A stretch of 64,000 nt of DNA from Candidatus Thorarchaeota archaeon (GCA_016840855.1 JAEORO010000069.1:17825-81824); one strand, 5' to 3'. Shown: positions 19,238-29,185, numbered from the stretch's first letter. Program-made: numbers and translations. Notes: generated by a model not told the origin, from the letters alone.

Positions 19238-21550
19238 ATGACGTTCCGTAGTAAGCAACTCAAGCAAAGAATGCTTGAAGCGGTTCCAACGATATCATCT
19301 GAGAGAGCTGTCCTTTTCACAAATTACGTGAAAGAAAATTGGTCCAAACCAGTGATATTACGGAATGCAGGCGCTTTTGCTCATGTTCTGGATAATATGA
19401 CTATTAGAATAGAGCCGGATGAACTAATCGTTGGTAATATGGGACCGACACCACGTTCGTGTCAGGTGTTTCCAGAGTATAGCTGGAAGTGGATTGAAGA
19501 AGAACTAGATCGGTTTGATAAACGTAGGACTGAACGCTTCTCAATAAGCGAGAAGGATAAGCAGAATCTCCGGGAAGTTTTCAAATTCTGGAAAGGTAAG
19601 AGTACCGCAGAAATTTCTGGAGAACTAATACCTAATGAATCTAAAGAAGCATCTAGCGTCGGATTATTTACGATTGGGGCGCCTGGGACGGGAATTGGTC
19701 ATGTAATTGCAAATTATGAGAACGTTCTGAGGAAGGGATTCCTGAGAATCCTAGATGAGATAGAAGACAAAGAAGGTGATTACTTCGATGCAGTCCGTAC
19801 TGAGATAATTGCAGTTCTCAGGTTTGCAGAACGATTCTCTCACCTTGCCTGCGAAATGGCGGAGATTGAAACAGATGAACTGAGAAGGCATGAGTTAAGA
19901 GAGATATCAAGAATCTGTAATAAGGTCCCAGCTAAACCTGCAGGAACGTTTCATGAAGCTATCCAATCTTTCTGGTTTATCCATTTATTGATGCAGACTG
20001 AATCAAATGGTCATTCAATGTCTACAGGTAGATTTGATCAGTACATGTTTCCATACTATAGAACAGACATTAAGAATGAACGGATAGATCGAGAAAGAGC
20101 AATTGAATTGCTTGAGCTACTCTGGATTAAGCTGACTTCTCTCATCAAGATTAGAAATGAATACTACAGTATTGCATTTGCAGGACATCCAATGTTTCAG
20201 AACCTCACGATTGGTGGTCAAAACGCAGATGGCTCTGATGCTACAAATGATCTCACGAAACTAATCCTTGAAGCCACTGCAGACATCAGAGTCACTCAAC
20301 CAAGTGTGTCATTCCGTTGGCATAAGAACACACCTGAGGACATCAAGCTGAAAGTTGTTGATGTAATCTCGAAAGGTCTGGGAATGCCAGGACTCTTCAA
20401 TGATGATGCAATCATACCAATGATGATAGAAAAAGGCACGAAACCTCCAGAGGCTCATGAATATTCTGTTCTTGGTTGTGTTGAGCCAATTATCGGTGGA
20501 AAATCTGATCCTAGACAGAACATAGGGTATGTCAACTTACCGAAGATTCTTGAGATTGCCTTGAACAACGGAAGAGATCCTAAGTCAGGTAAAGTAATTG
20601 GGAGGGAAACAGGTGACCCTCGGGATTTCAAATCGTTCAGTGAACTTTGGCTGGCGTATGAAGAACAGATTGACTACACGATAGAATTACTGACACGCGC
20701 AGACAGAGTTGCAGCTGCTGTACATGCCCAAAATACACCAACGCCATTCATCTCAGCCTTACTTGAGGGATGCAATGAATCTGGCAAAACAATGCAAGAA
20801 GGTGGAGCAGTCTATAATTCAGGAGGGATTATGGGAGTTGGAATTGCGATTGCTGCTGACTCACTAGAAGTCCTCCAGAAATTCGTTTTCGAAAAGAAAG
20901 AGATATCGATGAATGAGCTACTTGAGATACTTTCTAGCAATTATGAAGGTCATGAAGAGCTCAGAATAAGATTAGAGAATGACCCTTCAAAATATGGGAA
21001 TGATATTGAAAGAGTGGATTTCCTTGCTAGAGATATTGGACGAGCTTTTTGTAATTCAATACAGAGCAGAATGACAACAAGGAATGGACCATATCATGGT
21101 GCTCTTTTCTCAGTATCGATGTACATTCCGCAAGGAGAGGTTTTAGGTGCCACTCCAGACGGCAGGAAAGCTGGCCATATGATCTCAGATGGAGTTTCTC
21201 CAACACAGAATAGAGATGTGAATGGACCTACTGCTGCGATGAAATCCGTTTCAAGGCTTGACCATGGATTGTGCTATAATGGTACACTCTACAACATGAA
21301 ATTCACACCAGACTTCTTTGACACTGAATCAAGAAGAAAGAAATTCATCAATATGGTTGACACGTATTTTAGGATGGGAGGATTCCATGTCCAATTCAAT
21401 GTAGTTTCTCGAGAAACATTAGAAGATGCAAAAGTCAACCCTCTACAGCATAGAGATCTTATTGTTCGAGTAGCAGGATATAGCGCGTACTTTATTGAGC
21501 TAGATCCGTTTGTTCAAGACGAAGTCATTGCACGAACTGAGTTCTCATAA
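19238..21550 (+). CDS. Glycyl-radical enzyme, PFL2/glycerol-dehydratase-like eliminase branch
   Basis: Gly loop LIVRVAGYSAYF, single-Cys loop GCVEP, ESNGHS.S.GRFDQY, GATPDGRK. Confidence 0.93.
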   Translation: MTFRSKQLKQRMLEAVPTISSERAVLFTNYVKENWSKPVILRNAGAFAHVLDNMTIRIEPDELIVGNMGPTPRSCQVFPEYSWKWIEEELDRFDKRRTERFSISEKDKQNLREVFKFWKGKSTAEISGELIPNESKEASSVGLFTIGAPGTGIGHVIANYENVLRKGFLRILDEIEDKEGDYFDAVRTEIIAVLRFAERFSHLACEMAEIETDELRRHELREISRICNKVPAKPAGTFHEAIQSFWFIHLLMQTESNGHSMSTGRFDQYMFPYYRTDIKNERIDRERAIELLELLWIKLTSLIKIRNEYYSIAFAGHPMFQNLTIGGQNADGSDATNDLTKLILEATADIRVTQPSVSFRWHKNTPEDIKLKVVDVISKGLGMPGLFNDDAIIPMMIEKGTKPPEAHEYSVLGCVEPIIGGKSDPRQNIGYVNLPKILEIALNNGRDPKSGKVIGRETGDPRDFKSFSELWLAYEEQIDYTIELLTRADRVAAAVHAQNTPTPFISALLEGCNESGKTMQEGGAVYNSGGIMGVGIAIAADSLEVLQKFVFEKKEISMNELLEILSSNYEGHEELRIRLENDPSKYGNDIERVDFLARDIGRAFCNSIQSRMTTRNGPYHGALFSVSMYIPQGEVLGATPDGRKAGHMISDGVSPTQNRDVNGPTAAMKSVSRLDHGLCYNGTLYNMKFTPDFFDTESRRKKFINMVDTYFRMGGFHVQFNVVSRETLEDAKVNPLQHRDLIVRVAGYSAYFIELDPFVQDEVIARTEFS

Positions 21551-21625
21551 GGAGATACATTACGACAGATTTAACATTTCCATGATTGAGTATGTTATTG
21601 TTAAACCTCTAGTGTGGTGTGAATA

Positions 21626-22621
21626 ATGGGTTATGATGTAGTTACTTTTGGAGAAGTGATGCTTCGACTCTCTCCTCCTGACTTCAAAAGGTTCGAACAA
21701 ACAGAGAGCTTCAACGCTAATGCAGGTGGCGCAGAAATGAATGTCTCTGTAGCTTGCGCGCGATTAGGATTAAATTCTGCATATGTCACAAAGCTCGGTG
21801 ACAACTCTATTGGACATTTCATTAGGAATAAAGCTCGAGAACATGGAGTTGACACATCACACATCCTCTGGGATGCTAGTAATAGGTGTGGGATCTATTT
21901 CGTTGAGTTTGGAGCAGCTCCTCGCACAAATCGCGTGATCTATGACCGAAAGGAATCTGCAATTAGTAAGATAAAACCTGGCGAGGTAGATTGGAAAAAG
22001 ATATTGAAAGGAACTAAGCTATTTCATACAAGTGGGATTACGCCTGCGCTTAGCGCGAATTGTGCAGAAGTGACGAATGAAGCACTCAAGACATGCAAAG
22101 AATTGGGTGTGAAGGTGTCCTATGACGTAAATTACAGAGGAAAACTATGGACATCAAAAGATGCGCAGAAGTTCACAGAACCTGCTTCTGAGTTCATTGA
22201 TATATTAATCACAACTGAAGAAGACACCAAGGTTGTCTATGGGATTGAGGGCAAGGACTATGAAGATGTTGCAGCGAAACTAATTGATAAGTTCGGATTC
22301 GAGGTAGTTGTCATTACTCTAAGAGAAACCCCATCGGTCTGGTTCAACAAATGGTCTGTTTTTGCTTATTCTAATGGCAAGGTTTACAGAAGTCCAGTCT
22401 ATGATGTGGAGATTGTAGATAGATTAGGTGGAGGCGACTCTTGCAGTGCTGGATTTATTTATGGATACATTGAGTTGAAGGACTTACAGAAAGCGGTTGA
22501 TTTTGGCTCGGCTTTCTCTGCATTGAAACACTCCGTTCCTGGAGATCTAGCATTTGTATACAAGTCAGAGGTTGAAGAGCTCATCAAAGGGCGTCAGCGA
22601 GGATTACGCATTGAGAGGTGA
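21626..22621 (+). CDS. kdgK: 2-keto-3-deoxygluconate kinase (PfkB family)
   Basis: FGEVMLRL, GGAE.NV, R.GIYFVE.G, V.YDR..SA, SGITPAL, SYDVNYR.KLW, IVDRLGGGDS..AG. Confidence 0.85.
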   Translation: MGYDVVTFGEVMLRLSPPDFKRFEQTESFNANAGGAEMNVSVACARLGLNSAYVTKLGDNSIGHFIRNKAREHGVDTSHILWDASNRCGIYFVEFGAAPRTNRVIYDRKESAISKIKPGEVDWKKILKGTKLFHTSGITPALSANCAEVTNEALKTCKELGVKVSYDVNYRGKLWTSKDAQKFTEPASEFIDILITTEEDTKVVYGIEGKDYEDVAAKLIDKFGFEVVVITLRETPSVWFNKWSVFAYSNGKVYRSPVYDVEIVDRLGGGDSCSAGFIYGYIELKDLQKAVDFGSAFSALKHSVPGDLAFVYKSEVEELIKGRQRGLRIER

Positions 22622-23277
22622 AAAGTGTGTGGAACAAGGAAAATACAATGAAACTGATTCATGATACAGCACTTATTCCAATAATCCGTGTTGAGTCGGC
22701 AGATATTGCATTCAAAGTGGCGGATGCATTTCTGCAAGGCGGAGTCAATATTATAGAAGTGACCATGAGTGTTCCGGGTGCAATAGATGTCATGAAACAG
22801 CTTTTGGAGAATTATGGGAAAAAAGTCCTAATTGGTACAGGAACAGTGGTGGACAGCAAAATGGCGAAAGAAGCCATCAAAGCTGGTAGTAAATTCATAG
22901 TCAGTCCGAATTCTTCTAAGAGTCTGATTGAAACCGCTAACAAACACTCGACACCCATAATTCCTGGAGCTCTTACACCAACTGAGATATTCAATGCGTA
23001 TTCAATGGGTGCAGATGCTGTGAAAGTCTTTCCATGTGGAAATGTAGGAGGTGCAGAGTATCTAAAGGCCATAAGAGCACCATTACCGCATATTCCTCTT
23101 GTTCCAACTGGAGGAGTCGATTTAGATTCTGCAGGACCAATGCTTGAAGCAGGTGCTTTTGCGTTAGGAGTAGGTGGAGCCATAACAGACAAGAAAGCAA
23201 TCAAGGAAGGTAAGTATGAGGTCATCACTGAAAATGTGAAAAAATTCCTTGAGATTGTGAAGGAATATCGAAGTTAG
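22618..23277 (+). CDS. eda: KDPG / KHG aldolase (bacterial Eda type)
   Basis: IIR, IEVT, IG.GTV, FIVSP, PGALTPTE, VKVFP (Schiff-base Lys), PTGGV; 4-nt overlap with kdgK. Confidence 0.9.
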   Translation: MKSVWNKENTMKLIHDTALIPIIRVESADIAFKVADAFLQGGVNIIEVTMSVPGAIDVMKQLLENYGKKVLIGTGTVVDSKMAKEAIKAGSKFIVSPNSSKSLIETANKHSTPIIPGALTPTEIFNAYSMGADAVKVFPCGNVGGAEYLKAIRAPLPHIPLVPTGGVDLDSAGPMLEAGAFALGVGGAITDKKAIKEGKYEVITENVKKFLEIVKEYRS

Positions 23278-24119
23278 CTATTGGTTCGTAGGATGGCAAT
23301 CATGTGAGTGCCACCATCTATTGCACCAGGCTCCTTGCAGAACTCAAGTTCCCATTTCAGGAACATGTTCCACTTCTCTTCATCACCCATTAACTCTGTA
23401 AGGTATTCCTCATTAAACAAACCTGTTGATAGAAAATTTGCTGCCGATATGTCTAGAATTTCAACAGGATATCTAGAAAGAAGTTCTCGATATTCACTCC
23501 AGCGAAACATATGGCATTGATGAGTTCCTTTGTCTGCCATCTTTCCTAGGACATCTCCTGTATCCACGATGGCATCGAAATTCTCCAAGCCCATATGATC
23601 CCATTCATCAAAGACATTCCTGATGAGATGATGAAATGTACCAAGACATGACATCACACTGGTGAGGATGATTCCACCAGGTTTTGTTACTCTGATCACC
23701 TCGTCCAAAGCCTGGTTAACGAATTCAAGAACATAGCTTAGAGGACCGCCAAATACCACTGTTGAGTCAAATTCATTGTCAGGGATTCCATCTAGATTGA
23801 GAATATCTAATTTCCGTCTCCACTCAATGCAATCTTCATATCCAGCTTCTCTGACTTTGTCTTCATTCATCTTCAGCTGCGCGTTGGCAATATCAACTAT
23901 CCCAATTCTAGCTCCTATCTTTGCCAGTTCAATCGTAAACCTACCTGGACCAGGCCCTATCTCAAGAACTCGATCACCTTTCTTGATGTACTTCCGAAGA
24001 TAGTATTGGTGAATATGAAACTGAACCTTACCTCTAGGAGTTCGGTCGAGTCGTTCCCATTCTAGATGAGCGTCTTTGTCAAAATGACCTTCAATTATCT
24101 TCGAGTCGTACTTTTTCAT
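23274..24119 (-). CDS. Class I SAM-dependent methyltransferase
   Basis: EWERL, VLEIGPGPGRF, FD..V..GGPLSY, RV.KPGG. Confidence 0.88.
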   Translation of the reverse strand: MKKYDSKIIEGHFDKDAHLEWERLDRTPRGKVQFHIHQYYLRKYIKKGDRVLEIGPGPGRFTIELAKIGARIGIVDIANAQLKMNEDKVREAGYEDCIEWRRKLDILNLDGIPDNEFDSTVVFGGPLSYVLEFVNQALDEVIRVTKPGGIILTSVMSCLGTFHHLIRNVFDEWDHMGLENFDAIVDTGDVLGKMADKGTHQCHMFRWSEYRELLSRYPVEILDISAANFLSTGLFNEEYLTELMGDEEKWNMFLKWELEFCKEPGAIDGGTHMIAILRTNS

Positions 24120-24262
24120 TACTCTTCACTCCTCTCCAACACATAAAGAAAGCGAAATGGTGTACTAAAAGCATATGGTCAACCCTGATTGTTTAGAAAA
24201 AACCGGGAAAGGAAACAACTAAATCATCCTTTAGCTGCACGATGCCCTCGGAGTATTGAGAG

Positions 24263-24589
24263 ATGACTCAAGACTTACTTGAACTCATGCAGGAAAGAAT
24301 TACTATTGGACTTGAACGAGAGAAGACATTAGAAGCCATCGAAGGATGGGAGCGAACAGCACAACTGAGCTTGAAAGAAGGGCCAGAATATCACTTCATT
24401 GTAAAAGATAACAACATCACAGTTCATGAAGGTCCTATAGACAATCCTGACATGAGAATACAAAGCGATGAGGATACAATTCGAAAACTATTCCTTGAGG
24501 AAATGAGCGCAGCATCAGCACTACTGAAAAGGAAGCTGAAAGTGAAAGGTTCGGCTTCAGACCTTATGAAAATAAGACATATCTTCTAG
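24263..24589 (+). CDS. SCP2 sterol/lipid-binding domain protein
   Basis: 108 aa; V.EG...NPD..I......L......A.SA....KLKVKG...DLMK. Confidence 0.8.
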   Translation: MTQDLLELMQERITIGLEREKTLEAIEGWERTAQLSLKEGPEYHFIVKDNNITVHEGPIDNPDMRIQSDEDTIRKLFLEEMSAASALLKRKLKVKGSASDLMKIRHIF

Positions 24590-24617
24590 CAGTAGGTCAT
24601 CTTCTGGAGGACATAGT

Positions 24618-26039
24618 TTGGATAAGACGATAGTGGAAGAACTATCAAAGATTGTTGGTGAAGAATATATCTCTACGAGAAGAGATGTACTTCTTGCTTA
24701 TTCCACTTCTGCGTCAATGAGTTATGATACTGTAATGCCAAGTGCAGTAGTCAGACCAGGAACGACAGAAGAAGTATCAAGAGTTCTAAAAGTAGCAAAC
24801 AAATACAAGATTCCCGTGACACCAAGATCTGGTGGTTCAAGTCTCCAAGGTGAAGTCATTCCAGAAGCAGATAGTCTAGTAGTCGAACTTTTGAGACTTG
24901 ATGATATTGTCTTGTATAAGGATCTACGGTCAGTTACAGTTGGAGCAGGTGTTACTTTTGGTGCCTTAGATAAGTATCTGAATGAACATGACCTCTGGGT
25001 TCCGTTCTATCCAGGATCTTCTTTGGTTGCAACATATGCAGGAAATGTTGCTGTAAATGGAGCAGGGTTTGGGTCAGGAGTCTTTGGATGTATAGCAGAA
25101 CTCGTGATGGGGCTTGAAGTTGTTCTACCAGATGGAACTATTATCCAAACAGGTTCTGAAGCGAATCCTAACTCACCAGGACCCTTCCTGCGGTATGCCT
25201 TTGGTCCAGACCTCACGGGTCTTTTCATAGGGTCTCTTGGTAGCTTTGGAATCATCACAAAGGTCTCTCTGAAGACTCATAAAAGAATGAGATTCTTTGA
25301 TTATAACACATATGGGTTCGACGAAGTTGAGAATGCAGAGAGATTCTTGTTAGAGTTGAAAGAGAACGAGATCAATGCTATTTGGATGGCTCTTTATGAG
25401 GGTAGTATTCTTGATTTCTTTCTTGATATGGTAGGTGAAGAGTATGGTGTTCCAGAATATGATTGGCCAAAGTTCACTGTGTCTGTGGCTATAGGACGAG
25501 TAAGGATAGATCAACTCAAGAGTGATATGAGAGCTGCAAAATCCGTTTGCGAACAATTAGGTGGACATGTCATCGGAATCAAGGAACTACCTAAGAACGA
25601 GTGGGAGGACCGCATGAGAGAGCTTGCAAGGTCTTCATATGTTCATGGTTGGCACTGGCGAATCCTTTACCATCACCAAACGCCTATCAATTGGCACAAA
25701 TCAGTAGAATCTTTGTGGTCAGTTATGGATGAGTATGGTGTCCTTGGACACACAGCAGGGTTCCAATCAGGGCATGCTAGCTACAACTTATATCCGCAGC
25801 TATATTTCGACCCGCAGGATAAGGAGGAGGAAATGAAAGTCAAAGAGGCTCACAGAGACCTCTGTCACCGACTTTTCAAAACAGGAGCAGTACCTTTCAA
25901 GCTGGCAAGATACTGGGTAGATGGAATTTCTGAGATGGACAGTTATCTCCAATTTTTAAACGAAATGAAGAGGAATGTTGATTCAAATGAGATTCTGAAT
26001 CCAGGAATTCTGCCAAAACCGAAGGGAGGGGAAAACTAG
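24618..26039 (+). CDS. FAD-binding oxidoreductase (VAO/GlcD superfamily), paralog 1
   Basis: PRSGGSSL.G, GLEVVLPDG, GPDLTGLFIGSLGSFGIIT, D.NEILNPG. Confidence 0.9.
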   Translation: MDKTIVEELSKIVGEEYISTRRDVLLAYSTSASMSYDTVMPSAVVRPGTTEEVSRVLKVANKYKIPVTPRSGGSSLQGEVIPEADSLVVELLRLDDIVLYKDLRSVTVGAGVTFGALDKYLNEHDLWVPFYPGSSLVATYAGNVAVNGAGFGSGVFGCIAELVMGLEVVLPDGTIIQTGSEANPNSPGPFLRYAFGPDLTGLFIGSLGSFGIITKVSLKTHKRMRFFDYNTYGFDEVENAERFLLELKENEINAIWMALYEGSILDFFLDMVGEEYGVPEYDWPKFTVSVAIGRVRIDQLKSDMRAAKSVCEQLGGHVIGIKELPKNEWEDRMRELARSSYVHGWHWRILYHHQTPINWHKSVESLWSVMDEYGVLGHTAGFQSGHASYNLYPQLYFDPQDKEEEMKVKEAHRDLCHRLFKTGAVPFKLARYWVDGISEMDSYLQFLNEMKRNVDSNEILNPGILPKPKGGEN

Positions 26040-27446
26040 ATGGATGCGAAAATAGTTGCTGGTTTCGAGGAGATTGTAGGTAAAGAATTCGTGTCCACAA
26101 AAGCAGATGTGCTACTCACTTATTCTCAAACAGCATCTATGGCTGCAGATCCAGTTATTCCTGAATTGGTTATTCGTCCAGCGAATACAGAGCAGGTTTC
26201 CAAAATACTGATGCTAGCGAACGAGCACAAGATACCAGTAGTTCCAAGATCGGGTGGTTCAAGTCTGCAACAGGAAGCTATACCAAAACCAGGTTCAATT
26301 GTCATAGAACTCCTGCGGTTAACAGAAATTAAACTCTACAAAGACCTCCGATCAGTAGCCGTAGGTGCTGGAATTACCTATGGTGAATTGGATAAATTCC
26401 TTAGCAAGCATGATCTTTTTTTGCCTGTGTGCCCGGAATCTGCGCTTGTCTGTACAGTCGCAGGGAATATTGCAGTAAATGGCGCAGGACCTGGCTCAAG
26501 CCTGTATGGATGTACTGGGGAGATGGTTCTTGGACTTGAAGTTGTTTTGCCTAACGGTTCGATTATCCAAACAGGCTCTGAAGCCAATCCTTATGCTCCA
26601 GGACCATTTATTAGATATGCATTTGGCTCAGACATCACAGGTCTCTTCATTGGCTCACTTGGCAGTTTTGGTATTATCACAAGAGCATCTATGAAGATAT
26701 TCAGACGACCAAAATATCTAGATTATAATTTGTACGGATTTGATACTGCAGAGCAAGCAGAACAATTTCTGGACGAGATAAAACAGAATGATATTAGCGG
26801 CCTTTTTACCTCAATATATTCTGGTGAGGTTCTTAGTTTATTTTGGGACTTATTGGCAGAGGAGTTTGGTTACCCAACCATTGAATTTCAGAATCGGTCA
26901 GTATCGATGACAATTGGCAGAAATCGTGAAGACTTAGTGAAGAGTGATGCTAAACTTGCGTCTGAAATCTGCAAGAGTCTTGGAGGAAGGGTTTTGGATG
27001 CGAAGGAACTTATTCATTTTGAATGGGAAGGTCGTCTATGGAATTTTGTGAGAGCTTGCTATGCTCACGGATGGCACTGGCGAACAATATACCACCATCA
27101 AGCTCCTAGAAATTCCCACAAATCAGTTGATCTAATCATGGAAGCGATGGACCGGTATGGGTTCATGGGACACACTGCTGGTTTTCAAACTGGACATTCT
27201 TCTATGAACATGTATCCTCACATGTACTTTGATCCACAAGATAAAGAGGAAGAGATGAAAGTGCGTAATGCTCACAAAGAACTTGCCAAATCCCTCTTCA
27301 AATCTGGTGCAGTGCCCTTCAAACTTGCTGAGTATTGGAAAGATGCGATTGAAGACATGGATGATTATATGACATTTCTCAAGTTAATCAAGCATACAAT
27401 TGACCCGAATAACATAATGAATCCTAGAGTACTTGGAGGAATCTAG
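26040..27446 (+). CDS. FAD-binding oxidoreductase (VAO/GlcD superfamily), paralog 2
   Basis: Same motifs; clearly a tandem paralog of 24618-26039 (shared HGWHWR..YHHQ, GHTAGFQ.GH, YFDPQDKEEEMKV). Confidence 0.9.
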   Translation: MDAKIVAGFEEIVGKEFVSTKADVLLTYSQTASMAADPVIPELVIRPANTEQVSKILMLANEHKIPVVPRSGGSSLQQEAIPKPGSIVIELLRLTEIKLYKDLRSVAVGAGITYGELDKFLSKHDLFLPVCPESALVCTVAGNIAVNGAGPGSSLYGCTGEMVLGLEVVLPNGSIIQTGSEANPYAPGPFIRYAFGSDITGLFIGSLGSFGIITRASMKIFRRPKYLDYNLYGFDTAEQAEQFLDEIKQNDISGLFTSIYSGEVLSLFWDLLAEEFGYPTIEFQNRSVSMTIGRNREDLVKSDAKLASEICKSLGGRVLDAKELIHFEWEGRLWNFVRACYAHGWHWRTIYHHQAPRNSHKSVDLIMEAMDRYGFMGHTAGFQTGHSSMNMYPHMYFDPQDKEEEMKVRNAHKELAKSLFKSGAVPFKLAEYWKDAIEDMDDYMTFLKLIKHTIDPNNIMNPRVLGGI

Positions 27447-27448
27447 TA

Positions 27449-28609
27449 ATGACAGAGATTGACCTCGATGACCTCATTGAGAACCTGATGCAATGCCGAA
27501 GATGCGGGATTTGCAGAAATGCTGTGTATGAAGACAGAGGATTTGATGGAGTCTGTCCAGTCTGGAAAAACTCGTATGGATTTGAAACTAGTTTCATGCG
27601 TGGTAGAATTCAAGTTGCATTAGCTCTCCTTGAGGGCACTCTAGAGAGAACAGCAGAGAATGCTGAAGCACTATTTACTTGCACACTATGTGGGAACTGC
27701 ACTGAAATCTGTGCCGCTGAATTTGATCCAACAGATTGTCTCGAAAAAGTCAGAGAAGTTCTTAATGAAATTCCAAATGATGTTCGGGATGAGCTCACGA
27801 AGAGGATAATGGAATATAACAATCCCTATACAGAGAGTGGTTTAACCAAGCGTGACTGGACTGCAGAAGTTGGTTTTGAAATCCCACTCAAAGGCGAAAT
27901 TCTCTATTATACTGGATGTACTGCAGCAACAAAACTACCAAACATTGCTAAATCAACGGTGAAAATCCTTAAAGCTGCTGGAGTCGATTTTGGAGTCCTC
28001 GCAGACGAGCCATGTTGTGGTAGTGTTATGTTGAGGACTGGGAGAAGAACAGATGCGACTTTAAATGCTGAAAAGTTTGCTGAGAGAATGAGGGATGAAG
28101 GAATCAAAAAAATCGTTGTAACCTGTGCTGGATGTCTTAATACACTGCGAGAAGATTATCCAAAGCTCAAAGTGAATATTCCTGAAGCGAAGCATGTGGT
28201 TGAAGTCCTTCCCAGAATAATCCGAGAGAAGAAACTCAAATTGAAACCTCTTGGCAGAGATATTAAAGTTACATATCACGATCCATGTCATCTCTCCAGA
28301 GCTTTAGGGCTATATGAAGAACCAAGAGATTTAATCAAAATGATTCCAGGTCTACAGCTTGTGGAAATGGAAACCACAAGAGAAACTGCTATGTGCTGTG
28401 GAGCAGGTGGTGGACTTCGTTCTTTTGATTCAGAACTTTCAAAGAGAATAGCAGCTGATAGGGTGAAAAGTGCTCATACAGTAGAAGCAGAAATGATTGT
28501 GACTTCTTGTCCGTTCTGTGAGCATAATCTCAAAGAAGGAGCTAGAAAAATAAACAGCTCTGTGCGTGTAGTTGATGTTGTGGATCTTCTAGCTGAAAGT
28601 CTAGATTGA
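27449..28609 (+). CDS. Fe-S oxidoreductase (GlcF/HdrD-like, CCG domains)
   Basis: CRRCGIC...CP, CTLCGNC.E.C, CCG, CAGC, YHDPCH, CCGAGGG, CPFC. Confidence 0.9.
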   Translation: MTEIDLDDLIENLMQCRRCGICRNAVYEDRGFDGVCPVWKNSYGFETSFMRGRIQVALALLEGTLERTAENAEALFTCTLCGNCTEICAAEFDPTDCLEKVREVLNEIPNDVRDELTKRIMEYNNPYTESGLTKRDWTAEVGFEIPLKGEILYYTGCTAATKLPNIAKSTVKILKAAGVDFGVLADEPCCGSVMLRTGRRTDATLNAEKFAERMRDEGIKKIVVTCAGCLNTLREDYPKLKVNIPEAKHVVEVLPRIIREKKLKLKPLGRDIKVTYHDPCHLSRALGLYEEPRDLIKMIPGLQLVEMETTRETAMCCGAGGGLRSFDSELSKRIAADRVKSAHTVEAEMIVTSCPFCEHNLKEGARKINSSVRVVDVVDLLAESLD

Positions 28610-28616
28610 AAAGAAG

Positions 28617-28649
28617 TGGGGGAGAAACTACGAGTGTAGTCCTACCCCA
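28617..28649. terminator. Imperfect hairpin between convergent genes
   Basis: TGGGG..ACTAC-GAGT-GTAGT..CCCCA in the gap between two stop codons. Confidence 0.45.
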
Positions 28650-28672
28650 ACTAATATGATTTCAATTTAGGA

Positions 28673-29185
28673 TTAGTAGCCATCGCTTCTATCGCGATAG
28701 CCACCGCTACGACGACGATCCCGGCCCCCATAACCACGGTCTCGACCGTAGCCTCCGCCTCCGCCGCCTCTTCCATATCCACGACCGCCACCACCATATC
28801 TTGGGCGACGCTCATGTTCCTGCTCACTCATGTCAACCTCACTATTTACCTCTTCGATAGCTGTTTCAGCTTCCTTTAGAGTACCATAGCGGCCGATATT
28901 GAGTCTTAAATGACCTTGAAAGAGGGTTGTGTACCCGTTCTCGAGTCGATAGGTCTTCTCAACTTCAACCTCATCAATTGAGGTGTCCCAAAGGGGTACT
29001 GTCACAAGACCAGTATTGTCACCTACAATTGTATCACACACACGGTGTTGTTCTCCGTCAGCTCTGGATGCTACCTCCCTGACTTCACCTTTTTCAATTA
29101 CCTTGAATGAAATGTTCACACTCTTCATTCTTGGCTTTAGTTCTGAAATTTGAGCTTCGATTGGCTCTCTATCTTGATATCCCAT
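28673..29185 (-). CDS. ssb: Single-OB-fold ssDNA-binding protein (crenarchaeal SSB/RPA-like) with RGG-rich tail
   Basis: I.ELKP....VN...KV, VGD.TG.V...LWD, ENGYT.LF.G.LRLNIGRYG; Gly/Arg-rich C-terminal tail. Confidence 0.85.
   Translation of the reverse strand: MGYQDREPIEAQISELKPRMKSVNISFKVIEKGEVREVASRADGEQHRVCDTIVGDNTGLVTVPLWDTSIDEVEVEKTYRLENGYTTLFQGHLRLNIGRYGTLKEAETAIEEVNSEVDMSEQEHERRPRYGGGGRGYGRGGGGGGYGRDRGYGGRDRRRSGGYRDRSDGY

Noticed and set aside
19238-21550. Pyruvate formate-lyase (pflB)
   Set aside because: Active-site loop has a single Cys (GCVEP), not the adjacent Cys-Cys of true PFL.
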